NCBI RefSeq assembly: GCF_009914755.1
Contig: NC_060928.1
Direction: 5' to 3' (one strand)
Source of the DNA: the human T2T-CHM13v2.0 reference genome, Homo sapiens
DNA length: 64,000 bases
A program made the position numbers and the translations under genes. How positions within the stretch are numbered: the stretch's first letter is position 1; the number at the start of each line of letters is the position of its first letter. Below the pieces are notes generated by a model, which ran no database searches, was not told the origin of the DNA, and was given only the letters and a program-made list of their open reading frames with translations. Shown here one piece after another: positions 27,442 to 41,058 of the stretch.

Positions 27442-28963
27442 CAATTCTTACAGGTACTCTAATGAATCATATATTCCATTGCCAGAAAATTGTAAAAGGA
27501 ACAAATCAACCTCTTTTACGATATCCTCAAACTCACCATTTCTGGAAAGAAAGGGGGAGCAGATAAAAAAATAATACACTCACTGAGAACATACTATTAC
27601 TTCATTATGTAATTCAATTTCATTGAATTAATTTCAAATCAATGTTATCTAATGAATTCATTACATTTTCTTATTCTACTCTTAAAACATTCAGGTGAAT
27701 AATATTCCTACTTGACAAAGAAAGGTATTAAGATAAAGATAGGCAAAATGAAATATTTGTTGTCAACATAATGGAAAAGTTTTGATGTCTTGGCATTTTC
27801 ATGTGATTCTAAAGCCTTGCTTTAATGCATGCTAACCTTCTCATGATTCCTGCCTTTAATAAAAGAGAAGTAGAAATCAGTCTCTGGTCACAAAGTTTTT
27901 ATAGTCTAGCTGATATAATGAGCTGCATACAAAACTGAAGATGAATTCAAAATCAACTATCAACAAGACTAAGTTTAAGTTTCTTGAGACTTTGTCTTAT
28001 TCATCAATGAGGCCTCAGCACAGAGTCAAATGCCTAGCACAAAAAGGATGCTCAATACATATTTGCCAAATGAACAGGTGAATAAGTGCATGAACAAATA
28101 GCAGCATGTCAAATAAGACTCATTCAGCAAGCTATTTACTGAATGCCTCTTATGAGCCAAGTATGTGCCAGGTACTGCTTCAAAGGGTACAGAAATCCAC
28201 ATGCCTTAAAGGGGCAAACGCTGGAGAATGAATCAAATAAGGTCAAAATCCTCCCATGATTCACCTACATAAGGATCACTCCAGCCCTACTTGTGAGAAT
28301 AAGACTCCTACTATTTTCCAAGAACTCTAGGAGAGAATTATTGAAAGAACCAATATTTATTGAGTGTTTACATGTTGAAAGGCACTGTGTTAATTACTTT
28401 TTACATGTGGATACATTTCTTGCTTACAACATCCCCATGAGCTGGGTATTGTTACTACTCCCATTGGAATACAATATATGTGAAGAAACTAAAACACAGG
28501 TATTAAAACCAAATATGACAAAATGTTAACAGTCATTGAATTCAGGCACTAAATTTAAGGGTGATTAATGCAGTTTAATTTGTATATTTATTCAAAAATT
28601 TTCATGATAAAACACTTAAGAAAAAGAATAGGTTTTGAGGAGTTTAGATCAAGGTGATTAAAGATCTCTCTCTCTCACACACATACACACACACACATCC
28701 TAACTTACAGTTCAATAAAGGAGGAAAAATGCTAAGAATCTAAGGCACAGTAGGACTCATCTATTGGTAGGTGCATGTCTATTCCCTCCCAAGTTTCTCA
28801 GATCCTTGAGGGTAGGGACTGTGGCCTCTAACCACGTATTCCCAGCACTCAAAACTGAATCTAAAACGTGGTCAATGCTTAATGATGCTTAATGAACAAA
28901 TGAATGAAAGAATGGGAATGAGAGATCCAGTCCGATGTAGGGCAGGGAGATGGTTAGAGCCAC

Positions 28964-29419
28964 GGCATATCAGTTTCCTAGGGCTTCTGAAACAAAGTAT
29001 CTCAAATGGGCATCCTAAAACAATAGAAATTGTTTGCTTTACAGTTCTGGAGGCTAGAAATCCAAAATCAGGGTGTCAGCAGGGTCGCACTCCCCCTGAA
29101 ATGTGTAAAAGAGAATCCTTCGTTGACTTTCCTAGTGTCTGGAGTTGGCAACCACCAATTCTTCGCATCCCATGGCTTGCTGCTGGACCACTCCAATCTC
29201 TGCATTAGTCATCACATGGCATTCTCCCTGGGTGTCTCTCTTTCCTCTTCTGATAAGGAAACCAGTCCTATTGGAATAAGGGTCCATCCTATTTCAGTAT
29301 GACCTCATCGGAACTAATGATATATACAAAGACACTATTTTTAAATGAGGTCACATTCTGGGCTACTGTGGATTAGGACTTCAATATATCTTTTGAGGGG
29401 TCATGATTCAACCGAGAAC
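28964..29419 (-). mobile_element. MLT1C-type solo LTR
   Basis: cagttctggaggctagaaatccaaaatcagggtgtcagcaggg...tatgacctcatc...ggtcacattctg. Confidence 0.85.
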
Positions 29420-31189
29420 GTATGGTACCAGGAGAGATGCATCCATCCTAACACTCCTTATCTCTCCAAATGTCCAAAAGAACACAGATTTAACCAGACT
29501 GCTTCAGCGTGTAAGATGGGGAACAAGCTTAATATGTGTTCATTGACAATCCTGACATGGCAAGAAATTTTATAATCTCCGCCAATCAAATGCCAGCAAC
29601 AGCTGGCTTTCTCCCAGTGCCAAGTCAGCTTTCCCAAATAGTTTATGACTGGCTTCTCAGCAGCTATTTATGTTTTCAGAATATTAAGCAGTGTGTAGTC
29701 ACTTTCTCAGGGAGGGCTTCTCAGTGTGGTTTCTAAAAATGTGCTGAATGTGTTTCCGAAGAGGAAAGGCGCCAGGGGGCCTTTAGTGGGGCACGCTGAG
29801 CCTTGTAATCACAAACAGATGAGAGCTTCCTGGTTCTAACTCCAAGAAACCAGCAAGAGTCCCCAAAATCAGCTCACAATCAGCCTGGGCAAAATCGCCA
29901 TCTTACAAAAATTGTCATGGGCTCCTTCCCTCCATCCTATGAAGTCCTCAACCCTCCAGGAAACTCAATTTGCTGATATGGTAAAGGGACCCAGTCTTCC
30001 TAGCTTTGTGGTCTAGAATTCACAAAAGGCCTTCTGTGGCCTCAGATTAACATAGAGAGCTCCCCAAAATGATGATGTACTGAGCACAGCCAGGGCTTTG
30101 TCTCCTGCTCCATGTATCCATTGACACTGGTAAGCTCTTGCATCTGCTAAGATTCTAGAGAGCTAGTAACAGAATCTGAGTATAACTTAAACGAAGGGAG
30201 AAAAGTGCTTATTGGATGGCTACTGTGGTAGTGTGTGCAACCACAGGAAGCCTGAACAATCTCAGACCCCTGGGGATGTAATAAGGTGTTCAGGAATGGG
30301 GAAACTGATGTTGATATTCTCGTTGTGGAAAGATCCAAGAACCCTGGGTGCCTGTGGGTCTTTAGCCAAGATTCCAATTTTTAGCCTCACTAGCGTTATC
30401 TGCCCCCTTGGGTAAAACAACAGAGAGGGAAAAGCCGGTCCTCAAGTGAAAGAATGCTATTATCATATGCAAAGAGAGGAAGCAGTGTGCTGAGTGGACA
30501 GCAGCACTAGCTCCCACCAGGAGACCAAGGCATATGACTGCCAGAGGACTCACTTAACCTTGCCCAGCAGCAGACAGATCTACCACAGCCTGTTTTCCTG
30601 AGGCCACGCTCCAGGGAGCCCTGTAAGATCAGTGAGGCTCTGCGTCTGCCCAAACCATGGGCAATGGGTACCAAATGGAGAAATAACCTACCCAAAAAAT
30701 GTCTAACTAGGGATTCCCATAAGAGAGTCCACCAAGCAAGATCAATCAATGACTTTTAATATCCTTCTTCCTGCCTAGAGCTAGCACCTAACATAAAATG
30801 CAAAGACCAGTGAGCCCTGCTCTAACTCCTATAGGAGATAAAACAGTTTCCTTAGTCTGACATTTAATACTATCTGTAGCAGTAGGTTTTTACCTCCAGG
30901 ATACTTTCCAGAATGTTCTGAGGCTCAAACTGTGTTCCCACAGTACCTTGTACAAAGAGTCACTTCTGCATGTACTACATTATAAAGCTTCTATGAGCAA
31001 GTAGAATTCACCTAATTTCCCTAAATACAGGTAATTTTATGGGCAGAGAGGATGAGAAGAGAGCCTGCGAAGCAAAAGGAAACCTATTAGCAACAGGACA
31101 ACTTAGGAATAACACAAGGAATCGTCAGAGGCAGAAAAGAAGTCCTATTAGGGGCATTGTGTTTATTTAGAGGAATAAAACATTAAGCA

Positions 31190-32050
31190 ATATTCAAAAA
31201 CTATAAATTATTTAAAAATAATAAATGTGATTACATTAAAAAGTAAAAAATAAATTTATGAATGTCTTCTCACCAAAAATCTACATACAAAATTAAAAGA
31301 CAAAGAGAAAACAAAAAAGAAACTTATAACAACTATATGAAAGGATGTTAATTTGTCATGCTATAGAGTTCACACTAATAAAGGGAATAATAACATAAGC
31401 AGCATATATAATTGCTCCACAAATATTTATTGTTCACCTATTAAGTATTCAGTTCAGAAAAATATATAAATTGTTTAGAATTATATAAACAGAAGCCTAA
31501 CTTCTCTCAATGATTTACTAAATGCAAATTAAAACAACAGGATATAGTTATTTTTACCTATCAAATTGGCAATGAGTAAAAGGGATTTCAAAACATGGAT
31601 TTGGCAAGATTTGGAGGAAATGTATATTCACACACTGGTAATGAGAGTACAAATTGGCATAACTTTTTTGAAGGTCAATTTGGCAAAAGATCAATATCTA
31701 TTATAATGAAATATCCTTTAATTCAGACCTTCTGCTCCAAATAATTTCTGTGTACAGATATACCCACAGAGGCACACAAGGATGTATGGCTAAAAATATT
31801 CATTGGAGTACTGCATGGAAAAGAAATTTAAAACATAAAATGCTCCAAACTGAAAATAATCTGCATGTTCATTAATAGATGATGTATACATAAATCATGG
31901 TACATGTATATAATACCATGAAACCATTAAAAAGAATGTCCTAGAATGATATAAAGAAAATGGTATATACTAATATAAAAATATCTACAATATATTAAAA
32001 TGAAACAAGAAGGCGCAGAAAAGAGTTCATCGAATCTTTTCAAAATTTAT
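31190..32050 (+). mobile_element. Old L1M (ME/MC-type) 3' relic
   Basis: aaatgcaaattaaaacaacaggatat, tacaaattggcataactttttt, ccattaaaaagaatg. Confidence 0.7.
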
Positions 32051-32320
32051 TTAATTGGCAAAATATAGAACTTTCTTTGTTTTGTGAGTGTATCAGGTAT
32101 GAAGATAGGAGTGTGTGTATTTGCATTCTATATTTGCATATGTTTGTTATATGTATAATAATTTCTATTTCATTGTGTTTATCTTTGTCTACCTATTGCA
32201 TGAAATTCATGTCTTTAAATCTATACTTTTTAAAATGTTTATCTGATTTTTGGTCATAACATTCTTGTAGACTATTTTCCTTCCCTGGAGCTTTTATTAC
32301 TATTATTATTAACATTATTA

Positions 32321-33076
32321 GTGATGGTTAATTTTAACGTGTCAACTTGACTGAACCATGGGGTCCTAGATTGCACATTATTTTGGGGTGTGTCTGTAAC
32401 GGTGTTTCCGGATGAGATTAGCATTTGAATCACTAGATTCAGTAAAGTAGAACACCCTCCCAATTGGGTAGGCATCATCCAATCCCCTGAGGGTCTGAGA
32501 AGAACAAAAAGGCAGAGGAAGGAGGAATTCACTTCTTTTGCTTTCTGACAGCTTGCTTGAACTGAGACTTAAATCTTCTGCCTTTGATCTGGGATTTAGG
32601 CCATCAGCCCGCTTGGTTCTCAAATCTTCAGACTTGGACTGAGTTATACCAGCAGCTATGATGGAACTCTAGTTTGCAGATTGTAGATGATGGGACTTCT
32701 CAGCCTCCATAATCATATGAGACACATATGGTAATCATATGAGACACATATGGTAATCATATGAGACACATATGGTAATCATATGAGACACATATGGTAA
32801 TCATATGAGACACATATGGTAATCATATGAGACACATATGGTAATCATATGAGACACATATGGTAATCATATGAGACACATGATAATCATATGAAAGAAA
32901 GTAAAAAGGAAAACAGGGTATATGCCCTATTTTATACCCAATATACCATAACTCTGTGTATATGTATATGTATATATGTGTGTACATATATATACACACA
33001 CTATATTTTTAGTGTATGTGTATATAATGTGTATCTATACCCAATTTTTTTCTGTTTCTTTGGAGGACATTAATAT
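32321..33076 (+). mobile_element. MLT2 (ERVL) LTR containing a minisatellite and a (TA/TG)n tract
   Basis: gtgatggttaatttta..gtgtcaacttgactg, ggatgagattagcatttgaatc, ttctcagcctccataatc; 3' end ttctgtttctttggaggac...taatata. Confidence 0.85.
32710..32894. repeat. 22-bp minisatellite TAATCATATGAGACACATATGG: 7 perfect units, 1 variant and a partial unit
   Basis: Units start at 32710, 32732, 32754, 32776, 32798, 32820, 32842, 32864 (variant) and 32884 (partial). Confidence 0.98.
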
Positions 33077-34039
33077 AATTCTTATTCTGTATCTTTATTA
33101 TATCCTCACATTTTAATCCAGCTCTCAAACATACTACATATCCAACACAGGCTCTCCTTTCCCTCTTTCCCAAATCCAGCAAGTTTTGCACTGTTTGTAA
33201 AATTTTTTGACCATTTAAATAAGAGACCTTTGTGTTTGAAAATCCTAACTTGAAGCATACAAGTCCTAGAAGACAAACTTATAAAGGTGGCTTGGGGCTT
33301 TCCCTCAAGGCCAGAAAGGCAACAACATCATTTGAGAGAGAGATTTGCAGTCCTTGCCCCCGAATAGTAATACCACTACTGTGCACAATACTCTGTGAGC
33401 AAAATCCTCAAAGCTGGACTGGTTCTATCTGTTGGGTCTGCTCTGTCTTTCTGATAAGCACATCCCAGGAAAGGAAAGAAATATGGTTGACTAGTTAGGT
33501 GAAGGCAGGTCATTTGTGGTTCCTTCTCTGTTTCAGGAACATGGTCAAGGACAGCTTGACCACCCAGGTTTAAGTAACGGTTTCTCAGTTTACATGGTTT
33601 ACACAGGGACGCCAGGACAATTACTTCAGAATTTAGAGAGTTTCCCAGAGATGCACAGTCCTCCTGGGAACAAGAACCAGCTGGGTGTGAGGCTTGTGCT
33701 CTTGCTCTGAAAGGAGCATTCCCACACCCTTCAGTGAACCAACAGAGAGATATGCACACATTGGGGACCAGAGAGACATTTTTTGGATCAGTGCTAGAAG
33801 TCACGACTACAAATTCTCTTCCAGATTGTTTCCTTATTAATGGCTGTGAAACATTACAGCCAAAAGCTTCAGGAAAGGCACTATGAACCAACATGGCACT
33901 CAGTTCTCTAATTAGAAACATAATATTTCAGCTTGGCTCAAGTGTTGGAAGTCACTGTGGCAGAGAGCAGATCAGCAAAATGCCCTGAGAGCCACGCAAA
34001 GGAGACAGTCATTTAGGGGGAGGAGGAGACCTGGCACGG

Positions 34040-34320
34040 GTCACATTTTAAGTAATAAAAAAATAACAGCAGCAACAAGCACTTTGTCATGTTCAGTATG
34101 TAGCAAGTTCGGTTCTAACTTCTTCTTTTGTGATGATCATTTAGTCCCCACTACAGCCCTATGGTCCCTGTCCCTGTTATTGCCACATGGCAAGCCAGGA
34201 GGCCTAAAAATAGAAGGAGTAATGTGGCAAAGGCACTCAGCTAGTTAATGTGGAGATGGCTGGCATTGGAACCCGGGTAGAATGGCTCCAGACCCATCCA
34301 CATAAACTCTGCTATGCTAC
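34040..34320 (-). mobile_element. MIR
   Basis: aataacagcagcaacaagcact...catttagtccccactacagccctat...tggcattggaacccggg. Confidence 0.65.
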
Positions 34321-34897
34321 CTCTCTATGCCTTAACTGGATGCCTCCATCAAGACTCTCCTCCCTCCTGATTTCAGGACAAGTGCAATGACTACTCATAA
34401 TTGCAACCTCTGTTTGAAATTTTACCTGCTACAACTTGATTTTTATTGCCTCAATTGCTTTGCATCAAGTAGAAATATCACAGGCAGATGTTGGAATGAG
34501 ACCAACCCCTGTTTGGAATTTGCTCAGCCCCTTGCTCTCTTGTTAGACCTTAAGCTGAGCGTCTACTCTCTCTAACTGAAGTTTTCCCATCTGGAAAACT
34601 AGAATAACAACACCCACCTTACAGGGTTCACAGACTAAAGGAGACATTTGCAATTCACCTGGTGGAGGAACAAACACATAGGATGTGCTCAATATACATT
34701 GGTTCCTTTCCTTGTCTTTTCCTTTTCCACAGTGCCCTACTTACACTTATTCACCTCAGGTGTTAATAGAAAAACACTTTCCTGTTCTACAACAGCCCTC
34801 ATCTCCATTCTGGCCAAGAGCAACCACACACAGAGGCACTCATTCCTTCATTCGTTTACTCATTCACTAACACCAGGTAACATGCACCTTGGTGGGG

Positions 34898-35346
34898 GGT
34901 ATTTGTTTCCCAGGGCTGCCTTAGAATACCACACATTTGGTGGCTTAAGACAAGGGAAATTTATTGTCTCACAGATCTGCAGAGAAAAAGTCTGAAATCA
35001 AGGTTTTAGCAAGGCCATGCTCCCTTGGAAGCCCTTAGGGAAGGATCCTTCCTTGTTTCTTCCAACTTCCGGTAGCCCTGGGCTTCCCTGACTGGAAGGT
35101 GCAGCATTTAGACCTCTTTCCATGGTCATGTTGCATTCTCCCCATGTGCCTCTGTCTTCAGATGGTGTTTTCCTCTTCTTAGAAGGATGCCAGTCATATT
35201 GGAGGAAGGACCCATCCTAATGACCTCATCTTAACTTGATCAAATTTGCAAAGACCCAAATTATTTCCAAATAAGGCCATGTTGCCAGGTACCAGAGGTT
35301 AGAAATTTAATATGTTCTTTGTGGGTTCACAATGCAACCCATAAGA
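34898..35346 (-). mobile_element. MLT1C-type solo LTR
   Basis: gtttcccagggctgcc...aagtctgaaatcaagg...cagtcatattgga...atgacctcatcttaacttg. Confidence 0.85.
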
Positions 35347-36109
35347 GGGACGAGAATTGCAGAATGGTGCATCATGGATCCAGGGGAGGCAGATGGGGAA
35401 ACTGAGGCACATACTTGGAACTTTTGGTCAATTTGTTTCTCTCCTGTTTCCCAGCATGAGTCTCCCATCATGGCTATGCACTCTGCAGGCAGGAAAACTG
35501 TGGCACAGGTCAGAAGTATTGAGGGAAACTCCTTCATAAGAAGCCAAGGAGTTGGCAGTCAGCGTTTCTCCTTGACACCTACTATGCACTGCACACACTC
35601 CATTCACCTAATTGAATCCTCCCAAAAACCCTATGAGGTTACAAAAGGTGGAAGTGAAGCAACTCATGAATGATTAAGCAGCTTACTGCTGATAAGGTTC
35701 AGGGCTGGAATTTGAATCCAGCTCTGCCTGGCTCCAGAGCCTGTGAATAGACAAGAACCATTTAATAGAAAATTTGTCACAGATGTTCAGTGCTGCATGC
35801 ACATGAAGAATTAAGGTTAGCATATTGTGATATCATTGTGGATCCTTCATTGTTATTTGCCACATGGAAATGGCAACAACCCCATGTGGAACAGCTCACC
35901 AAGGAGATGCAGGGTTACTTATTTAATCGACTGCCCTCCACCTTTCCTCTCCTTTCCTCAAATCCCATTTTGTCTCTGGGCACAGATGGAGCATTCACTG
36001 AGGTGTTTGTGCAGCTGTAGCCTATGGGGACTCCCACGAATCAGCCACAGGGTGGAGCACTAAGATGTGGTGTTGCATCTGTGACTGCTCACCACACCCA
36101 AGTTGTCTT

Positions 36110-36300
36110 CCCTGCTGTCCACCAGCTCTGTGACCTTAGGCAAGTTACCTAACATCACTGAGCTTCTGTTTTCCCATTTGTAAAATGAGGATAATTATAC
36201 CTATTCAGAGGTTGTTGTGAAGATTAAGGTAAATGTGGCAACGCATGAAAAACCAGTGGTATAGCACCTGATACCTAGTATGTGTTTAACTAATATAACT
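36110..36300 (+). mobile_element. MIR
   Basis: ccagctctgtgaccttaggcaagttacctaac...gtaaaatgaggataattatacct...gttgttgtgaagattaa. Confidence 0.85.
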
Positions 36301-36492
36301 TTCTTAGGTCTATAAGCCAATGGGTTCTCCTATATTTTAGCTCATTGCACTAGATTCCTATGACATGATCTAAATGGGGAAGGAGTGGAATGAGAGATCA
36401 CTTTAACCTTAAAACACAAAAAAATGGGATTTTTCTCAAAGGCAGTCATATTTCAAACCAGGGGGTGCAGGGTATAAGAAAGCACAGGGACC

Positions 36493-36920
36493 TTTAGTTT
36501 CCTAAGGCAGGCATAAGGTGGCTAGATGACTTGAAACAACTGAAATGTATCTTCTCACAGTTCTGGAGGTTGGAAGCTTGAAATCAAGGTGCTGGCAGAG
36601 CCATGCTACCTCTGAAGCTCCTAGGGGATGAGACTTCCTTGCCTCTTTAAGCTTCTGGTAGTTACAGGAGTTCCTCAGCCCAAAAATGCATCACTCTGAT
36701 CTCTCTGTCCATCTGCACATAGTCTTCTGCCTGTGTCTTTGTGTCTTCACTTGGCTATCTTCTTATAAAGATGCCAGTCATATTGGATTAGAAACTCACC
36801 TTACTCCGGTATGACCTCATTTTAACTAATTGCTTCTACAATAACCCCATTTTTAAATAAGTTAACATTCTGAGGTACTGAGCATTAGAACTTCAGTATA
36901 CTCTTTGTGTAAGACACACC
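36493..36920 (-). mobile_element. MLT1C-type solo LTR
   Basis: ttctcacagttctggaggttggaag...ccagtcatattggattag...ttaacattctgaggtactg. Confidence 0.85.
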
Positions 36921-37059
36921 ATAAATGACCATGTGGACTGAACTTCCAGAGAATTGATTTCCACTCCCCCAACCAGGGCCTAGGCTGTGGTTTGCCTGAT
37001 GGGGTCATTGAACCCTTAGGCTCAGGAGAACCCAGCATGCATAAGTCTCTTCCCAAGTC

Positions 37060-37178
37060 TACATTCAGTGACATCATGCTGATGGTTTGAAGTCAGCCAG
37101 GTGGGAATATTCACACCATGCAAATTAGTAAAAGCTGCTCAGAGAGCCTGTTGTTCAATATTCACCAGCCCACTACTG
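37060..37178. mobile_element. MER63-like hAT DNA transposon fragment
   Basis: gtgggaatattcacaccatgcaaattagtaaa...gagagcctgttgttcaatattcaccagcccactactg (recalled MER63 terminus). Confidence 0.6.
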
Positions 37179-37507
37179 TAAGTCACTAAGCTAAGGGAGT
37201 CACTTGTCTACTGTGAGATAGAAAAGACCCAAGACCCATGGGTTTCAGGAGATGAGAGTGTGTAGAACTGTAGAGAACTCCACTATTTATTGAGGAAGTC
37301 AGTTCACTTCTCCAAGAAAGTATGTAAATGCAGGATACCTCCCCTCTGCTACCCAACAGGCCCATGTTGAAGGCTGAAAGAGATAATGGTATAAGTACAA
37401 TGTGTTCTTTTCAAAAAACAGAATTTTGCTGCTTTTTTTTTTTTAACAGAATCTTGTTTTATTCAGCATGAAAAGTACAAAAAGCCTCAGACATAATCCA
37501 CAGTGGG

Positions 37508-39774
37508 TGTATTAGTGCATTCTCATGCTGCTATAAATAACTGCCTGAGACTGGGCAATTTGTAAAGAAAAGAGGTTTAATTGACTGTGGGGCTAGGGTG
37601 GCTTCAGAAAACTTACAGTCATGGTGGAAGGAAAAGCAAACATGTCCTTCTTCACATGGCAGCAGGAAGGAGCAGAATGAGAGCTGAATGAAGGGGGAAG
37701 CCCCTTATAAAACCATCAGATCTCATGAGAACTTATTCACTCTCATGAGAACAGCATGGGGGAAACAGCCCCCATGATTCAATTACCTCCCACCGGGCTC
37801 CTCCCATCACATGTGGTGATTATGGGAACTACAATTCAAGATGAGATTTGGGCATGAACACAGCCAAACTGCATCATTCTGTTCATGACCCCTCACAAAT
37901 CTTATGTCTTCATATTTCAAAACATAATCATGCCCTTGCAACAGTCGCCTAAAGTCTTGTCTGAGACAAGGCAAATCCCTTCTGCCTATGAGCCTGTAAA
38001 AATCAAAAGTTAGTTACTTCCTAGATACAATGAGGGTATAAGCACTGATTAAATACATCCCTTCCAAATGGGAGAAATTGGCCAAAACACAGGGCTACAG
38101 GCCCCATGCAAGTCTGAAATCCAGTAGGGCAGCCAAATTTTAAAGTTCCAAAATGATCTCCTTTGACTCCATGTCTCACATCCAGGTCACACTGATACAA
38201 GAGGTGGGCTCCTATGGCCTTGGGCAGCTCTGCCCCTGTGGCTTTGCAGGGTACAGCTCACCTCTCAGCTGCTTTCATGGGCTCTTGTTGAGTGTCTGTG
38301 GCTTTTCTAGGCACACAGTGCAAGCTATTCATGGATCTACCACTCTGGGGTCTGGAGGACAGTGAACCTCTTCTCACAGACCCACTAGGCAGTGCTCCAG
38401 TGGGAACTCTGTGTCGGGGCTCCGACCCTACATTTCCCTTCCACACTACCCTAGCCGATGTTTTTTATGAGGGCTCTTCCCATGCAGCAAACTTCTGCCT
38501 GGACATCCAGGCATTTTCATACATCCTCTGAATTCTAGGTAGAGGTTTCCAAACCTCAGTTTTTGACTTCTGTGTTCATGCAGGCTAAACACCACGTGAA
38601 AGTCATCAAGGCTTGGGGCTTAGACCCTCCAAAGCCATGGCCCAAGCTGTACCTTGGCCTCTTTTAGTCATGGCTGGAGAGGCTGGGATGCAGGGCATCA
38701 CGTCTCTAGGCTGTATACAGCAGGAGGGCTCTGGGCTTGCCCATGAAACCATTTTTTCCTACTAGGGCTCTGCGCCTGTGATGGGAGTGGCTGTCATGAA
38801 GGTTTCTGAAATGCCCTGGAGATATTTTCCCCATTGTCTTGATGACTAACATTCTGCTCTTCATTACTTATGTAAATTTCTGCAGCAGGCTTTAATTTCA
38901 CCTCAGAAAATGGGTTTTTCTTTTCTACTGCATTGTCAGGCTGCAAATTTTCCAAACTTTAATGCTATTCTTCCTCTTGAGTGCTTTGCTGCTTAGAAAT
39001 TTCTTCTGCCAGATACCCTAAATAATCTCTCTCAAGTTCAAAGTTCTACAGGTCTCTAACACAGGGCAAAATGCCACCAGTGTCTATGCTAAAGCATAAC
39101 AAGGGTCACCTTTACTCCGGTTCCCAACAAGTTTGTCATCTGAGACCACCTCAGCTTGGACTTCATTGTCCATATCACTATTAGCATTTTGGTCAAAGCA
39201 ATTCAATGAGTCTTTGGACTCATTCCAAACTTTCCCACATCTTCCTGTCTTCTGAGCTCTCCAAGCCTCTAGGAAGTTCCAAATTTTCCCACATTTTCCT
39301 GTCATATTCTGAGCTCTCCAAATGTTCTGACCTCTGCCTGTTACCCAGTGCCAAAGTTGCTTCCACATTTTCAGATATCCTTATAGCAGCACCCCACTCT
39401 ACTGGTACCAATTTACTGTATTAGTCTGTTCTCATGCTGCTATAAAGAACTGCCCGAGACTGGGTAATTTATAAAGAAAAGAGGTTTAATTGACTCACAG
39501 TTATATGGGGCTGGGGAGGCCTCAGGAAACTTACAATCATGGTGGAAGGGGAAGCAAGTATGTCCTTCTTCACATGGCAACAGGAAGGAGAAGAATGAGA
39601 GCCAAGCAAAGGGGAAGCTCCTTATAAAAACATCAGATCTCATGAGAGCTTACCATCATGAGAATATCATGGAGGTTCAATTACCTCCCACCAGGTTCCT
39701 CCCACCACATGTGGGGATTATGTGAACTACAATTCAAGATGAGATTGGGGTGGGGACACAGCCAAACCATATCA
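37508..39774 (-). mobile_element. Complete THE1 (THE1C/D-type) provirus: LTRs 37508-37876 and 39417-39774
   Basis: Two LTRs around a THE1-int homologous to 19306-20881; TSD GTGGG/GTGAG (37503-37507, 39775-39779). Confidence 0.93.
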
Positions 39775-40577
39775 GTGAGTGTCCAATAAATATTTATTAA
39801 ATTGAAGTATTACTATCTTAATCAGAAGAGTGGGTTTTCTGTAGTTTGTTCATAATTTACCTCCAAAAAAAAGCATAAGTAAGTCTAGGATATTGACCAG
39901 TTGCTAAGCCAGAATGACTTCTTAAAAGACCTTGTCAACAATTTACCCAGCAGTGGCTAATGCTTTTCTGTCTCCAACTGGGACCCAGAAGAGAACATCA
40001 TCTCTTTTCTCCTTCATTTTCCCACACTTCCACCACCTTGTACACAGCTCCTATTCTAAGGCCTTACTTGGACTCTGAAATTAGCATCATAATGGGTCTT
40101 CCAGCTTCATATCTGCCCCACCAACTCAACTACTTCCTCATTTTGCTCCTGGGGTTTTCTTTGTAAAGACGTATCTGACCATTTCATCCCCCTGTCTAAA
40201 ACCTGAAAATAATTTCTGTCACCCTCAAATACAATCCAAACTCCTTAGTATGGCATTCAAGTCTCTGGGGCTATTATCCAGTCTGGGTCTGGGTCTGGAT
40301 AGGATCTTTTGATGCCTGATCCCACCTCAGATGCAGATGGGCAAGTAACCCAACTTAGCCAATTAGATTTTCCCAACCCTGGTCACTGTGGTTGGTAATC
40401 CAGGAAGATCACTGACCCAAATAAGGCCAATCAGTCTTCCCTGGGGTTTATTTTTTAAAAAAACAATAAAGTTTCTCTTTATTTCAAGTCATTAGGCTGG
40501 AAATAAATAATTCTAGACATATCTATGATTGTTTTTTACCGCATAGGAATTCCATATTCCATCTTGGCAATAAGAAA

Positions 40578-40579
40578 AC

Positions 40580-40627
<48 letters not shown>

Positions 40628-40640
40628 AGAGAGAGAGAGA
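40578..40640. repeat. (CA)n(GA)n compound microsatellite
   Basis: Direct reading. Confidence 0.9.
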
Positions 40641-41058
40641 AACAGAGTCTCAGGAAAGCGAAGATAGAAAGCTAGAGGCAGAAGAGAGAAGTGAGGTCTT
40701 TAAGTTTGGGTCCAGTTGCTCTGGGGCCATCTTTTTTGGCCCAACTCATGCTTTGCCACACAAGTCCATCTCCATTCCACCTAAACCACCTCCAGTTGGG
40801 TTTCTGTGATGGAAAAGACTCCTCACAAACAAGACAACCATTGACATTCTGTCCCCAGCCTGTCCTTCCAGCCTTGCCCATTTTTCTTCCCTGGACTCTC
40901 TCCTCCATACCTTTGCACAATCTGATGTATACTGCTAAAATTCTCTTGTCCACTGTTTAGGCTTCTACTTTTTTTTCATCTTGATTGTGTGTTTCTTTGT
41001 AAGCTTTTGGTCTGTCTTTCCCAGTGTGGACGAATTTCAAATGATCAAAGTATAGATC

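Noticed and set aside
30540-30560. Minus-strand splice donor GTGAGT
   Set aside because: No convincing paired acceptor or ORF; such hexamers occur by chance
32710-32894. CRISPR-like array
   Set aside because: Head-to-tail identical units with no unique spacers, in human DNA with no cas genes
39223-39325. ~55-bp tandem duplication in THE1-int
   Set aside because: Real, but I recall it as a shared feature of THE1C/D internal sequences, and the copies are diverged; not locus-specific
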